This document shows, piece by piece, positions 8,347 through 16,396 of a stretch of 64,000 nucleotides of DNA. Numbering within the stretch: the stretch's first letter is position 1; every line of letters begins with the position of its first letter. The notes under the pieces are model-generated. The model did no database searches. It worked only from the letters and a program-made list of their open reading frames with translations, and was not told where the DNA came from. The stretch covers positions 5,984,001 through 6,048,000 of the forward strand of contig OZ245046.1 of NCBI GenBank assembly GCA_965224245.1. Reading direction: 5' to 3'. Both the position numbers and the translations under genes were made by a program. Source of the DNA: Candidatus Eiseniibacteriota bacterium. GTDB taxonomy: Bacteria > Eisenbacteria > RBG-16-71-46 > CAZAMP01.

Positions 8347-9623
8347 TAGCCGCCCCGCTTGCGGAGCGTCGCGCGACACATGCGGCGCTCCTCGTCCCGG
8401 AGGAACGTGATCGTGACCTCGTCGCCGGGCTCGTGGCTCTCCAGGGCGGCCTGGTAGTCGTAGAGGTTGTCGATCGCGACGTCGTCGAGCTGCACGATCA
8501 CGTCGCCGACCGCGAGGCCCGCGTCGGCCGCGGCGCTCCCGGGCAGCACGCCGGTCACGAGGATGCCGCCGGACTCGCGGGAGAAGTCCGGGATCGTGCC
8601 CAGGCTCACGCGGCGCCGGCCACGCGGCTTCTCGTCGCGGGCGGCGATCTTCTCCGCGCCCGCGGGCACGAAGCGAGGGGTCACGCTCGGGTCGGCCAGG
8701 TAGTCGAGGATCTCGATCGTGAACTCGGCGACCCGGGCGAGTCCCGGAACGTTCACCTTCTCGGCGGTGTCGGTGACGCGGTGATAGTCGGCGTGCCCGT
8801 CCGTGAACAGATGCAGCGTGGGGATGCCCGCCTTGAAGAACGGGATGTGGTCGCCGGCGTTCAGTCCCTCGGTCGCGGTGGCCAGGTCGAACCGGAACGC
8901 GAAGTTGATGCCCGTCAGCATGTCACCGAAGAGATCGCCGGTGCCCGTTCCGAACACGACGAGCCGGTCGTCACGGAGCCGGCCGATCGTGTCCAGGTTG
9001 ATCATCGCGACGCACGCGTCGAGCGGAACCGGGGGGCTCTCCACGTACGCGGTCGATCCGAGAAGGCCCGACTCCTCGCCCGTGAACGCGGCGAACACGA
9101 TCGATCGCCCGGGAGCGCCCTCGCGCGCGGCGATGACGCGCGCGATCTCCAGGAGCGCGGCCACGCCGGACGCGTTGTCGTCCGCGCCGGGGAAGACGCG
9201 CCGCTCGCCGTCCACCTCCTCGACACCCAGGTGATCGTAGTGAGCGCCCACGAGCACGTGTCCGCTCGCGGATCCGGGCACCATCGCCACCACGTTCATC
9301 GCCGGATGCGCGGGGTCGCCGGCGTTCGGTACGGACAGCCGGTAGTCGTGACCGGGCACCGGTGCGACCCCCGCCTCGCGGAGCGCGGTCTCGACGTACG
9401 CCGCGGCCGCGTCGAGAGCGGCCGTGCCGAGGCCGCGGCCCTCCAGCTCGGAGCTGGACAGATGCACGACGTGCCGCCCCAGCGCGTCGGCGTCGATCGG
9501 GTCCGCGGATGCGGTGAGGTCCGTCGCCCCCAGCGCGGTCGCCGCCGTCAGGGCGACCAGAATCGGCGCGGGGCCGACCGGGCCCGTGACCGGGCGCGTG
9601 CGAGCCTGTCGTCGGGTCGTCAC
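8346..9623 (-). CDS. Secreted M28 family metallopeptidase with C-terminal PDZ domain
   Basis: Signal peptide; GAHYDHLG, GADDNASG, FTGEESGLLGS, INLDTIGR, DYHRVTD. PDZ segment LGTIPDF...GSAAADAGL..GDVIV. Confidence 0.9.
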   Translation of the reverse strand: MTTRRQARTRPVTGPVGPAPILVALTAATALGATDLTASADPIDADALGRHVVHLSSSELEGRGLGTAALDAAAAYVETALREAGVAPVPGHDYRLSVPNAGDPAHPAMNVVAMVPGSASGHVLVGAHYDHLGVEEVDGERRVFPGADDNASGVAALLEIARVIAAREGAPGRSIVFAAFTGEESGLLGSTAYVESPPVPLDACVAMINLDTIGRLRDDRLVVFGTGTGDLFGDMLTGINFAFRFDLATATEGLNAGDHIPFFKAGIPTLHLFTDGHADYHRVTDTAEKVNVPGLARVAEFTIEILDYLADPSVTPRFVPAGAEKIAARDEKPRGRRRVSLGTIPDFSRESGGILVTGVLPGSAAADAGLAVGDVIVQLDDVAIDNLYDYQAALESHEPGDEVTITFLRDEERRMCRATLRKRGG

Positions 9624-11797
9624 TTCTCGTCCTTTCCCGAAGCGGTGTCACCGATCGTCCAGAGCAGGGGCGAGCGGGTCGCCGACCACGTGCCCTTGGC
9701 GACGTTCGTCGCCCCATCGAACACGAGGTAGCTGTACTTGCCGTAGTGCGGGATCTTCCGCGCGACCGCGGCCGCCTCGGCCGCGCTACCCAGCCGGAGC
9801 CACGACCACGAGAGCGTCTCGTCCCGCGGGTGGGCTCGCGTGCTGACGAGGTTCATCGCGCCGGGGTCGCCGACGGCGGACGCGGCGGCGAGAACCCCGT
9901 CGTCGTTTGCGACGCCCCCGACGAACGCATCCGCGAAGCGCGTGTCTCCGAACAGCCAGACGCCGTGTCCCTCGGTGTCGTCGAGGTCGATCTCGTCATC
10001 GAAGACGACGCGCACGCCGGGCGCTCTCGCCCAGTCGTCGGCGATGGCCGAGTAGGCCTCGGCGGCCGCGCCGGTGGCCGAGCGCGCGATCACGATCAGC
10101 GTCTGCTCGGCGCCCAGGGTCTGGCTGAGGAGCGGCGGGATCTCGGCCACGTCGAGTCGGCGGAACACGTCGAAGTCGGGGTCCACCGCCAGCCGTACCG
10201 CGCCGGGGAGATCGATCCGGAACGGGGTCTCGACCCCGTCCAGCTCGAGCTCGAGCCTCGCCTGGCGACCGCTCGTGTCGCTCGCGATCACGGGCACCGT
10301 CATCCGGTAGATCGGCTCGGTCTGGCGCACCATCCCGCGCACGGACGTCCCGTCCGGCGCGACGCCGTCCAGCGAGAGCGCCGGCGCCCCCTCGCGCATG
10401 ATCCACTGATCGACGAACCACTCCATCGACTCGCCGGTCGGCCCGGCGATGGCGTCCACGAGATCCCGCCAGGACGCCGCCTCGAAGCGGTACGACGCGT
10501 AGAACGCGCGGAGTCCCTCGTGGAACGTGTCGTCGCCCACGTGCCGGCGCAGCATGTGGAGGACCATCAGGCTCTTCCCGTACCCGATGGCCTGCGTCGC
10601 GCCCGAGTGGCGCTGCCGGAACGCGCTGAGCGGGATGTCGCGGCTCTCGGACACGAAGTTGCGGTACCCGGCGAGCTGGTTGCGTCGATAGTCGCGCGCG
10701 GCGGCCTCGGACTCCTCGGCCTTGAACGCGTAGTCCGCCATGTACGACGTGAGGCCCTCGCACCAGTTTCCCGCGTCGGTGTTCACGAACACGCCGTTGC
10801 CCCACCAGCAGTGGAGGATCTCGTGGCCGTAGGACGTGTGGACGATGAAGGGCAGGCGAATCACCGTGCTCCCCAGGAGCGTGAACGACGGCATGCCGTA
10901 GCCGGTCTCCCAGAAGTTCTCGACGAGCGCGAACTTCGAGAACGGGTAGGGCCCGATCAGTCGCTCGTAGCGATCGAGGTAGCCACGCGTGGCGTCGAGG
11001 TAGCGTCCGGTCAGGTCGTCGTCCTCGGCGTACGTGTAGGTCATCAGGTCCACCTCGCCGTGACGCTCGCGCCGGAGCACCCACGGGCCCGCGACCAGGT
11101 ACACGCCGTCCATCGGATACGGGCAGTCGAACGAGACGACGCGCTCGGTCCCCACGCGCTGGCGCTGAACGAGTCGACCCTGCGAGACCACGTCCCACGG
11201 GTCGGGGACGGTCGCGGTCAGCTCGAACGTGACGAGGTCGTCGGGCACGCTCGGCAGCCAGAACGTCTCGCCGCCGAGGTACGCCCCGCGCGGGTCGATC
11301 AGGCCGCTGGAGGTCTCGAAGCTGCGCCCGTACTCCACCTCCGGGGCCTCGAGGGGCTCGTACACGCGACCGCCGTACTCCAGCACGACGCGCGTGTCGG
11401 CGGTCCATCCGTCGGAGGGCGCGGCGATCTCGATCTCGTGCGCGTGTCCGTACGACGCGAGCGCCGCGTAGTCCGGGTGCGCCCAGAAGTGACGTGGATC
11501 GAACGCGACGTCCTCGACGAGATCGACCGCGCGCCCGTCGACTCGGCACGAGGTCACGTCCAGGTCGCGGTGGAGGAGAAACCGGAGCGGCTCGTGCGAC
11601 CCCGCCGCACTGGCGACCGAGAGCTCGTCCCGGATCTCGAGGTGTGCGCCGTCCGGCGAGAGCCATGCGGCGATGCGATGGTGATCGATCGAGACCGGCG
11701 CCACGTCGGAGTCGCCGGTGGCCCGGGCAGTCTCGATCCAGACCAGCCCGATCCAGGCGAGGAGCGCGAGCGTCGTGACGTGTGGGCGTCCCATCAT
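9620..11797 (-). CDS. Secreted M1 family (gluzincin) aminopeptidase
   Basis: Signal peptide; GYGMPS exopeptidase-like motif, HEILHCWWGN...WCEGLTSY (HExxH...E) and GYGKS. ATG at 11797 overlaps the MOSC gene stop (ATGA). Confidence 0.88.
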   Translation of the reverse strand: MMGRPHVTTLALLAWIGLVWIETARATGDSDVAPVSIDHHRIAAWLSPDGAHLEIRDELSVASAAGSHEPLRFLLHRDLDVTSCRVDGRAVDLVEDVAFDPRHFWAHPDYAALASYGHAHEIEIAAPSDGWTADTRVVLEYGGRVYEPLEAPEVEYGRSFETSSGLIDPRGAYLGGETFWLPSVPDDLVTFELTATVPDPWDVVSQGRLVQRQRVGTERVVSFDCPYPMDGVYLVAGPWVLRRERHGEVDLMTYTYAEDDDLTGRYLDATRGYLDRYERLIGPYPFSKFALVENFWETGYGMPSFTLLGSTVIRLPFIVHTSYGHEILHCWWGNGVFVNTDAGNWCEGLTSYMADYAFKAEESEAAARDYRRNQLAGYRNFVSESRDIPLSAFRQRHSGATQAIGYGKSLMVLHMLRRHVGDDTFHEGLRAFYASYRFEAASWRDLVDAIAGPTGESMEWFVDQWIMREGAPALSLDGVAPDGTSVRGMVRQTEPIYRMTVPVIASDTSGRQARLELELDGVETPFRIDLPGAVRLAVDPDFDVFRRLDVAEIPPLLSQTLGAEQTLIVIARSATGAAAEAYSAIADDWARAPGVRVVFDDEIDLDDTEGHGVWLFGDTRFADAFVGGVANDDGVLAAASAVGDPGAMNLVSTRAHPRDETLSWSWLRLGSAAEAAAVARKIPHYGKYSYLVFDGATNVAKGTWSATRSPLLWTIGDTASGKDEK

Positions 11798-12270
11798 GAC
11801 GATGCGTCCGCGGGATCGCCGGTGACGGCGGTGACGCGGTCGCCGACGGCGATGCGTCCGCCGCGCACGATCCGCCCCCGGAGCCCGCCCTGGTGGACGA
11901 GCGTCGACATCGCGCCGGGCCCGATCGCGGTCTCCATTCGCTGGCACGGCTCGCACAGCTCGTGTCCTTCGATGACCACGTCGCCGATCCGGAGCTGTTT
12001 CCCGACGAACGCGTCGAGAGCGATGCCGCGCACCGTCACGTTGCGTCTGGAGCAGCCGGGCTCGTACGCGACGCCGATCCTCTCGCACGCGGCGCGGAGC
12101 TTCTCGTCCTCGACGAGCGTGATGTTGTGGCTCGGGGATCGGTCGACGTACCGGTCGCCCTGGAGCCCGCGCCCGGCGAGGGCCTCGACCGTGTCGAGTC
12201 GCTCGAGCGGATCACCGTCGCGCGGCGCGACGTGAATGTGGAGGACCTCGCCCGACGTCTGTTCGCTCAT
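11794..12270 (-). CDS. MOSC domain protein
   Basis: GRGLQGDRY, SRRNVTVRG, CEPCQRME, GGLRGRIVRGGRIAVGD. GAAGGA RBS before the ATG at 12270. Confidence 0.88.
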   Translation of the reverse strand: MSEQTSGEVLHIHVAPRDGDPLERLDTVEALAGRGLQGDRYVDRSPSHNITLVEDEKLRAACERIGVAYEPGCSRRNVTVRGIALDAFVGKQLRIGDVVIEGHELCEPCQRMETAIGPGAMSTLVHQGGLRGRIVRGGRIAVGDRVTAVTGDPADASS

Positions 12271-12385
12271 GGCTTCCTTCCCGCTGGCTGAGAGAATCGG
12301 ACCGGTGGTCATCACCCCCGTCAACGCCCGCCGAGTCCACGAGTTCCCGGCGGGCGAGGGGAGGAGGATCGGTCGACGGCGGACC

Positions 12386-12414
12386 ATTCTAGCCCCCGGG
12401 ACGCCCGCGGTCAT
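12386..12414 (-). promoter_or_regulatory. Putative promoter of the MOSC-peptidase operon (ATGACC-17 bp-TAGAAT)
   Basis: Reverse-strand hexamers at 12414-12409 and 12391-12386, 17-bp spacer. Confidence 0.45.
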
Positions 12415-12421
12415 TTTCGTG

Positions 12422-12466
12422 TTGACGGGGTGTTACAAATGTCGCACTATGCCTGCGACAGATGTC
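12422..12466 (+). promoter_or_regulatory. blaI promoter (TTGACG-17 bp-CACTAT) overlapped by two BlaI/MecI/CopY-type operators
   Basis: -35 at 12422-12427 and -10 at 12445-12450. TACA-AA-TGTC (12434-12443) and GACA-GA-TGTC (12457-12466) resemble the TACA-NN-TGTA BlaI/cop box. Confidence 0.7.
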
Positions 12467-12514
12467 ACAGGCGTTGCCCCGCGGGTGAGGCGATCTCCGA
12501 CGATAAGGTGTTCG

Positions 12515-12928
12515 ATGCACGCGAAGCGAACGCTGCCCGAGCTCTCGAGGTTCGAGCTGCAGTGTCTCTCCAGGCTCTGGGAGCTGGGCGAGGCCACGGT
12601 CCGGGAGATTCACACCGGGCTCGGCGGAGCCCCCAGCTACTCGACCGTCCGCAAGATCGTCGAGCGGCTGGAGGAGAAGGGGGCCGTCGAGCGCGTGCGC
12701 CAGTCCGGGAGCGCGTGGGTGTACCGCTCCGGGGTGCCGCGCACCGACATGGTTCGAAAAGAGATCAAGCGCCTGCTGGACGCGTTGTTCGGCGGCGCGG
12801 GGGCCCCACTCGTCTCACATCTGGCCGACATGCAGGCCGTGACCCTGGACGATCTGAAGGCCGCGGAGGCGCAGCTCGACGACGAGGACGAGCGAGCCGA
12901 CGACCCGAGTCCCGGAGGTCGATCGTGA
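12515..12928 (+). CDS. BlaI/MecI/CopY family transcriptional repressor
   Basis: LSRFELQCLSRLWELGEATVREI, SYSTVRKIVERLEEKGAV, LLDALFGG. AAGGTG RBS. Confidence 0.92.
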   Translation: MHAKRTLPELSRFELQCLSRLWELGEATVREIHTGLGGAPSYSTVRKIVERLEEKGAVERVRQSGSAWVYRSGVPRTDMVRKEIKRLLDALFGGAGAPLVSHLADMQAVTLDDLKAAEAQLDDEDERADDPSPGGRS

Positions 12929-14271
12929 GCGGCAACGTGCTCTCCATCGCGCTGGCCATCGGCGTCCACCTCTGGCAGGCCACGCTGGTCGGGGCCGCGC
13001 TCGTCCTCCTGGCGCGCGGGATCGCCGGCCGGTCTCCCTCGCTCGCGCACTGGACGCTGCGCCTGGCCGTGGTGAAGTTCGCCATCCCGACCGGTCTGAT
13101 GGCCGCGCTCCTCTCGCCGTGGCTGGAGGGTGCCGCAGCGCCTGCGTGGATCGCCGGCGCGATCTCGTCGCCGGTCGTGACCACCGCGTGGACCGGTCCG
13201 TTCGCGAACGCCCCGCGTGCGACGACCGACCTGCTCGGTCTCGCGGTCGCGCTGGCCCTCTCGATGTGGCTCGGGATCGTGCTCGTGCGGCTCGGCCGCC
13301 TGTCGCGAGATCTCTGGCGCACCCGCATCGGCGTGCTGGAGCCGCCGATCGGCTCGGCCGAGGCCCGGACCGCGATCGCGGCCGTCGAGGCATCGGTCGC
13401 CTCGGCCGCCCGCCGGGCCGGCATCCGGCCCGATTGCATCGTGCTCACCGGCGCCGACGTGATGCCGTCGGTCGTCGGGCTCATCCGCCCGCGCGTGATC
13501 GTGCCGATCGGCCTCGCGCGGACCCTCACCGCCTCCGAGCTCGAGGCGGTGCTCGCCCACGAGGCGGCTCACTGCCGCCGGCGAGACCCGATCTGGATGT
13601 TCGTCACCCGCGCGGTGGAGGCCGTCTTCGGGCTACACCCGCTGGTGCACTGGATTTCGCGGCGTCTCTCGGACACCGCGGAGATGGCCTGCGACGACGC
13701 GGCTCGCGATCACGGGATCCCATCGCGAACGCTCGCCCGGGCACTTGCCAAGACCGTGCGACACGGCCTCGTCCCGAGTCCGGCGGCCCTTGCCGTGACC
13801 GGGTCCGGCGACGGCGTGATCGCGCGTCGACTCGACCGACTACGTCAACCGAGGAGTGTGGGAATGACACGGCAGCGTGTCGCAGTGGCCCTGGCGGCCC
13901 TGTGTGTGGGGGTCATGACGGTCGTGCCGCTACAGGCCGAGACGAAGCACGCCAAGAACACCGACGGCGCCCAGGTGGCGGACGTCGTGCATCCGAAGCC
14001 GATCACGATGGTGGCGCCGGACTATCCGAAGGACGCGCGCGACGTCGAGGGGAAGCTGTACGTCCAGGTCACGATCACGGCGTCCGGCGAGATGCAGGAC
14101 GCCGAGGTCACCCGTCAGGACGAGGCGCTGGCGGCTCACGGCGGCTTCGCCGAGAACGCCCTCGCGGCGCTGGCGCAGTGGACCTTCGAGCCGGGGCGCA
14201 CCGACGGGAAGCCCACCGAGATGACGATCAGCATTCCGTTCGCGTTCAAGCTCGACGGCCACGCGAAGTAG
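12925..14271 (+). CDS. BlaR1-like M56 membrane metallopeptidase fused to a C-terminal TonB domain
   Basis: GTGA overlap with blaI; several TM helices. PSVVGLIRPRVIVP, HEAAH..RRD, EMACD. C-terminal P.YP..AR..EGKLYVQVTI...QWTFEPG..DGKP....IPFAF. Confidence 0.88.
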   Translation: MSGNVLSIALAIGVHLWQATLVGAALVLLARGIAGRSPSLAHWTLRLAVVKFAIPTGLMAALLSPWLEGAAAPAWIAGAISSPVVTTAWTGPFANAPRATTDLLGLAVALALSMWLGIVLVRLGRLSRDLWRTRIGVLEPPIGSAEARTAIAAVEASVASAARRAGIRPDCIVLTGADVMPSVVGLIRPRVIVPIGLARTLTASELEAVLAHEAAHCRRRDPIWMFVTRAVEAVFGLHPLVHWISRRLSDTAEMACDDAARDHGIPSRTLARALAKTVRHGLVPSPAALAVTGSGDGVIARRLDRLRQPRSVGMTRQRVAVALAALCVGVMTVVPLQAETKHAKNTDGAQVADVVHPKPITMVAPDYPKDARDVEGKLYVQVTITASGEMQDAEVTRQDEALAAHGGFAENALAALAQWTFEPGRTDGKPTEMTISIPFAFKLDGHAK

Positions 14272-14287
14272 CCGGACGGACCTCGCC

Positions 14288-14314
14288 GCGGGTCGCCCTT
14301 CCGGGGCGACCCGC
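14288..14314 (+). terminator. GC-rich hairpin after the M56-TonB gene, possible terminator
   Basis: Perfect 11-bp stem GCGGGTCGCCC/GGGCGACCCGC with a 5-nt loop; no clear U-tract. Confidence 0.35.
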
Positions 14315-14384
14315 CCCCTTCGAGAACGCCCGTACGGTCCCGGGGCCCCCGAGCCGGCGCGCGTCGATCGCCCCTCCCGCCGCC

Positions 14385-14413
14385 TTGACACTCCCCGGCC
14401 CCCTGCGTACGGT
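14385..14413 (+). promoter_or_regulatory. Putative promoter of the yicC-gmk-rpoZ-coaBC operon (TTGACA-17 bp-TACGGT)
   Basis: Perfect -35, 17-bp spacer and a TAnnnT -10, about 60 nt upstream of yicC. Confidence 0.6.
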
Positions 14414-14472
14414 CCCCGGAATCTACCGCGCCGCACCGACGCCACGGTGCGCATATCTGCAAGAGGACGTGC

Positions 14473-15351
14473 ATGATACGCAGCATGACCGGCTACGGCC
14501 GGTCTGAGGTCGAGCACGACGGGAACCACCTCACGATCGAGGTGTCCTCGGTGAACCACCGCTACCTGGACATCAGCGTCCGGCTGCCGAAGCCGCTGGG
14601 CGCGCTGGAGACGAAGACCCGCAAGGCGGTCCAGGAGCGGGTGGCTCGCGGCAAGGTCACCGTCAACGTGAACTGGGATCTCGAGCCGGCGCTCGGGGGC
14701 GCGCTGCAGCTGAACGCGGCGCGGGTCGCGGACATCCTCGAGATCGCGCGCAACCTGAAGGAAGTACACAACATAGCGGGCGAGCTGGACGTGGCCACGG
14801 TCATGTCCATGCCCGACGTGATCACCGAGGAAGAGGCCGCCATCGATCTGGACGCGTGGTGGCGCCTCTTGTCCGAGGGACTCGACGCGGCGATTGACGC
14901 TATGATGGTGCTCAAGATGCGCGAGGGGGACGAGATCGCCAGGGACATGCTCTCGCGCGTCGGTACCATCGAGGAGCTCATGTCCGAGGTCGAGCGTCGC
15001 GCGCCCGACCGCGTCGTGGATACGCGTGAGCGCCTCCGACAGAGGATCGCCCAGATCGTCGGAAACGGTGAGGTCGATCCGTACCGGCTGGAGCAGGAGG
15101 TCGCCTTCCAGGCCGATCGCCTGGACTGCACCGAGGAGTGCGTCCGGCTCCGGAGTCACCTGAAGCATTTTCGCGGATTCGCCGGCGAGGAGAAGAACGC
15201 CGGTCGCCGGCTCAACTTCCTCCTCCAGGAGATGAACCGAGAGGCCACGACGATCGGGGCGAAGGCCAACGACGCCGAGCTGGCCATCTACACGGTTCAG
15301 ATGAAGGAGGAGCTCGAGCGGATCCGCGAGCAAGTCCAGAACGTGGAGTGA
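14473..15351 (+). CDS. yicC: YicC/YloC family endoribonuclease
   Basis: MIRSMTGYGR, SVNHRYLD, EECVRLRSH, GRRLNFLLQEMNREATTIGAK, ELERIREQVQNVE. Confidence 0.95.
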   Translation: MIRSMTGYGRSEVEHDGNHLTIEVSSVNHRYLDISVRLPKPLGALETKTRKAVQERVARGKVTVNVNWDLEPALGGALQLNAARVADILEIARNLKEVHNIAGELDVATVMSMPDVITEEEAAIDLDAWWRLLSEGLDAAIDAMMVLKMREGDEIARDMLSRVGTIEELMSEVERRAPDRVVDTRERLRQRIAQIVGNGEVDPYRLEQEVAFQADRLDCTEECVRLRSHLKHFRGFAGEEKNAGRRLNFLLQEMNREATTIGAKANDAELAIYTVQMKEELERIREQVQNVE

Positions 15352-15362
15352 CGGACCCGCCC

Positions 15363-16010
15363 ATGACCGCGTTCGAAGACCGGATTCAGACACCTCCGCT
15401 CGTGTTCGTCTTGTCGGGACCGTCGGGAGTCGGGAAGACGTCGCTGTGTGATCGACTCGTGGCCGACGTGGACGACGCGGTCTACTCGCGCTCGGTCACG
15501 ACCCGTCCCAAGCGACCGGGCGAGACACACGGTGAGGAGTACTTCTTCCTGTCCGAGGAGGAGTTTCGAGAGCTGGAGTCCACCGGGCAGCTGCTCGAGT
15601 CGGCGTGCGTGCACGGTCACCACTACGGGACCCCGCGACGCTTCGTCGAGGAGCGGCTCGCCGAGGACAAGATCGTCGTTCTGAACATCGACGTGCAAGG
15701 CGGGTTGCAGTTGATGTCGAGTGTCCCCGACGGGGTCTTCGTGTTCGTGATGCCGCCCAGCATCGACGAGCTCGTGGGCCGGATCCGGAGCCGGGGTGGA
15801 GATACCGACGCCGCGATCACCGTGCGCATGAGCAACGTCGCCGGTGAGATCGCCGAGGCCGACAAGTACACGTACATCGTCGTCAACGACGATTTCGAGG
15901 AGTGCTTGCGGAAGCTCCACGCCATCCTGATCGCCGAGCGCTGTCTCCGTCGGAGATGCTATGCACCCCAGCCCGCGGCACGCGTCAGCGCGCGTCGCAT
16001 CGGCGGCTGA
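15363..16010 (+). CDS. gmk: Guanylate kinase
   Basis: SGPSGVGKTS, TTRPKRPGE..GEEYFF, HYGTP, IDVQGG, VVNDDF. Confidence 0.95.
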   Translation: MTAFEDRIQTPPLVFVLSGPSGVGKTSLCDRLVADVDDAVYSRSVTTRPKRPGETHGEEYFFLSEEEFRELESTGQLLESACVHGHHYGTPRRFVEERLAEDKIVVLNIDVQGGLQLMSSVPDGVFVFVMPPSIDELVGRIRSRGGDTDAAITVRMSNVAGEIAEADKYTYIVVNDDFEECLRKLHAILIAERCLRRRCYAPQPAARVSARRIGG

Positions 16011-16054
16011 AGACGTACACGGCGCGCCCCGCGCGCGCCAGGGAGCTCCCCAAC

Positions 16055-16396
16055 ATGATGACCGAAGACGGAAAGACCATCGACGACGCGACCTCCGAGA
16101 CCGCCGCCACCGAGAACGGCACCACCGAGAACGGCGCCGCCGAGACGGGCGCCACCGACGAGGCGGTGTCCGGCAGCGACCCCGAGAACTCCTACGAGCG
16201 CGTGATGCTGATGGCGCTCGAGGCCCGGCGGCTGAACACGCGCCACCTCGAACGACGCATCGAGCCCAAGGAGCGCATCACGACGCAGGCCATCAATCGG
16301 GTCAAGACCGGCGAGGTGAAGCTCGTCTACCGGACGTCGAGCACCGAGAAGACCGAGTCGGAGTCCACGTTCATGGAGGTGTCGGATGACGCCTAG
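16055..16396 (+). CDS. rpoZ: DNA-directed RNA polymerase subunit omega with acidic, repetitive N-terminal extension
   Basis: Lies between gmk and coaBC. Core NSYERVMLMALEARRL...ITTQAINRVKTGEV matches the omega N.Y..V...A.RAR.L...A..E...G pattern. AGGGAG RBS. Confidence 0.72.
   Translation: MMTEDGKTIDDATSETAATENGTTENGAAETGATDEAVSGSDPENSYERVMLMALEARRLNTRHLERRIEPKERITTQAINRVKTGEVKLVYRTSSTEKTESESTFMEVSDDA
16091..16165 (+). repeat. Degenerate 15-bp in-frame tandem repeat (5 units)
   Basis: ACCTCCGAGACCGCC / GCCACCGAGAACGGC / ACCACCGAGAACGGC / GCCGCCGAGACGGGC / GCCACCGACGAGGCG. Confidence 0.7.
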
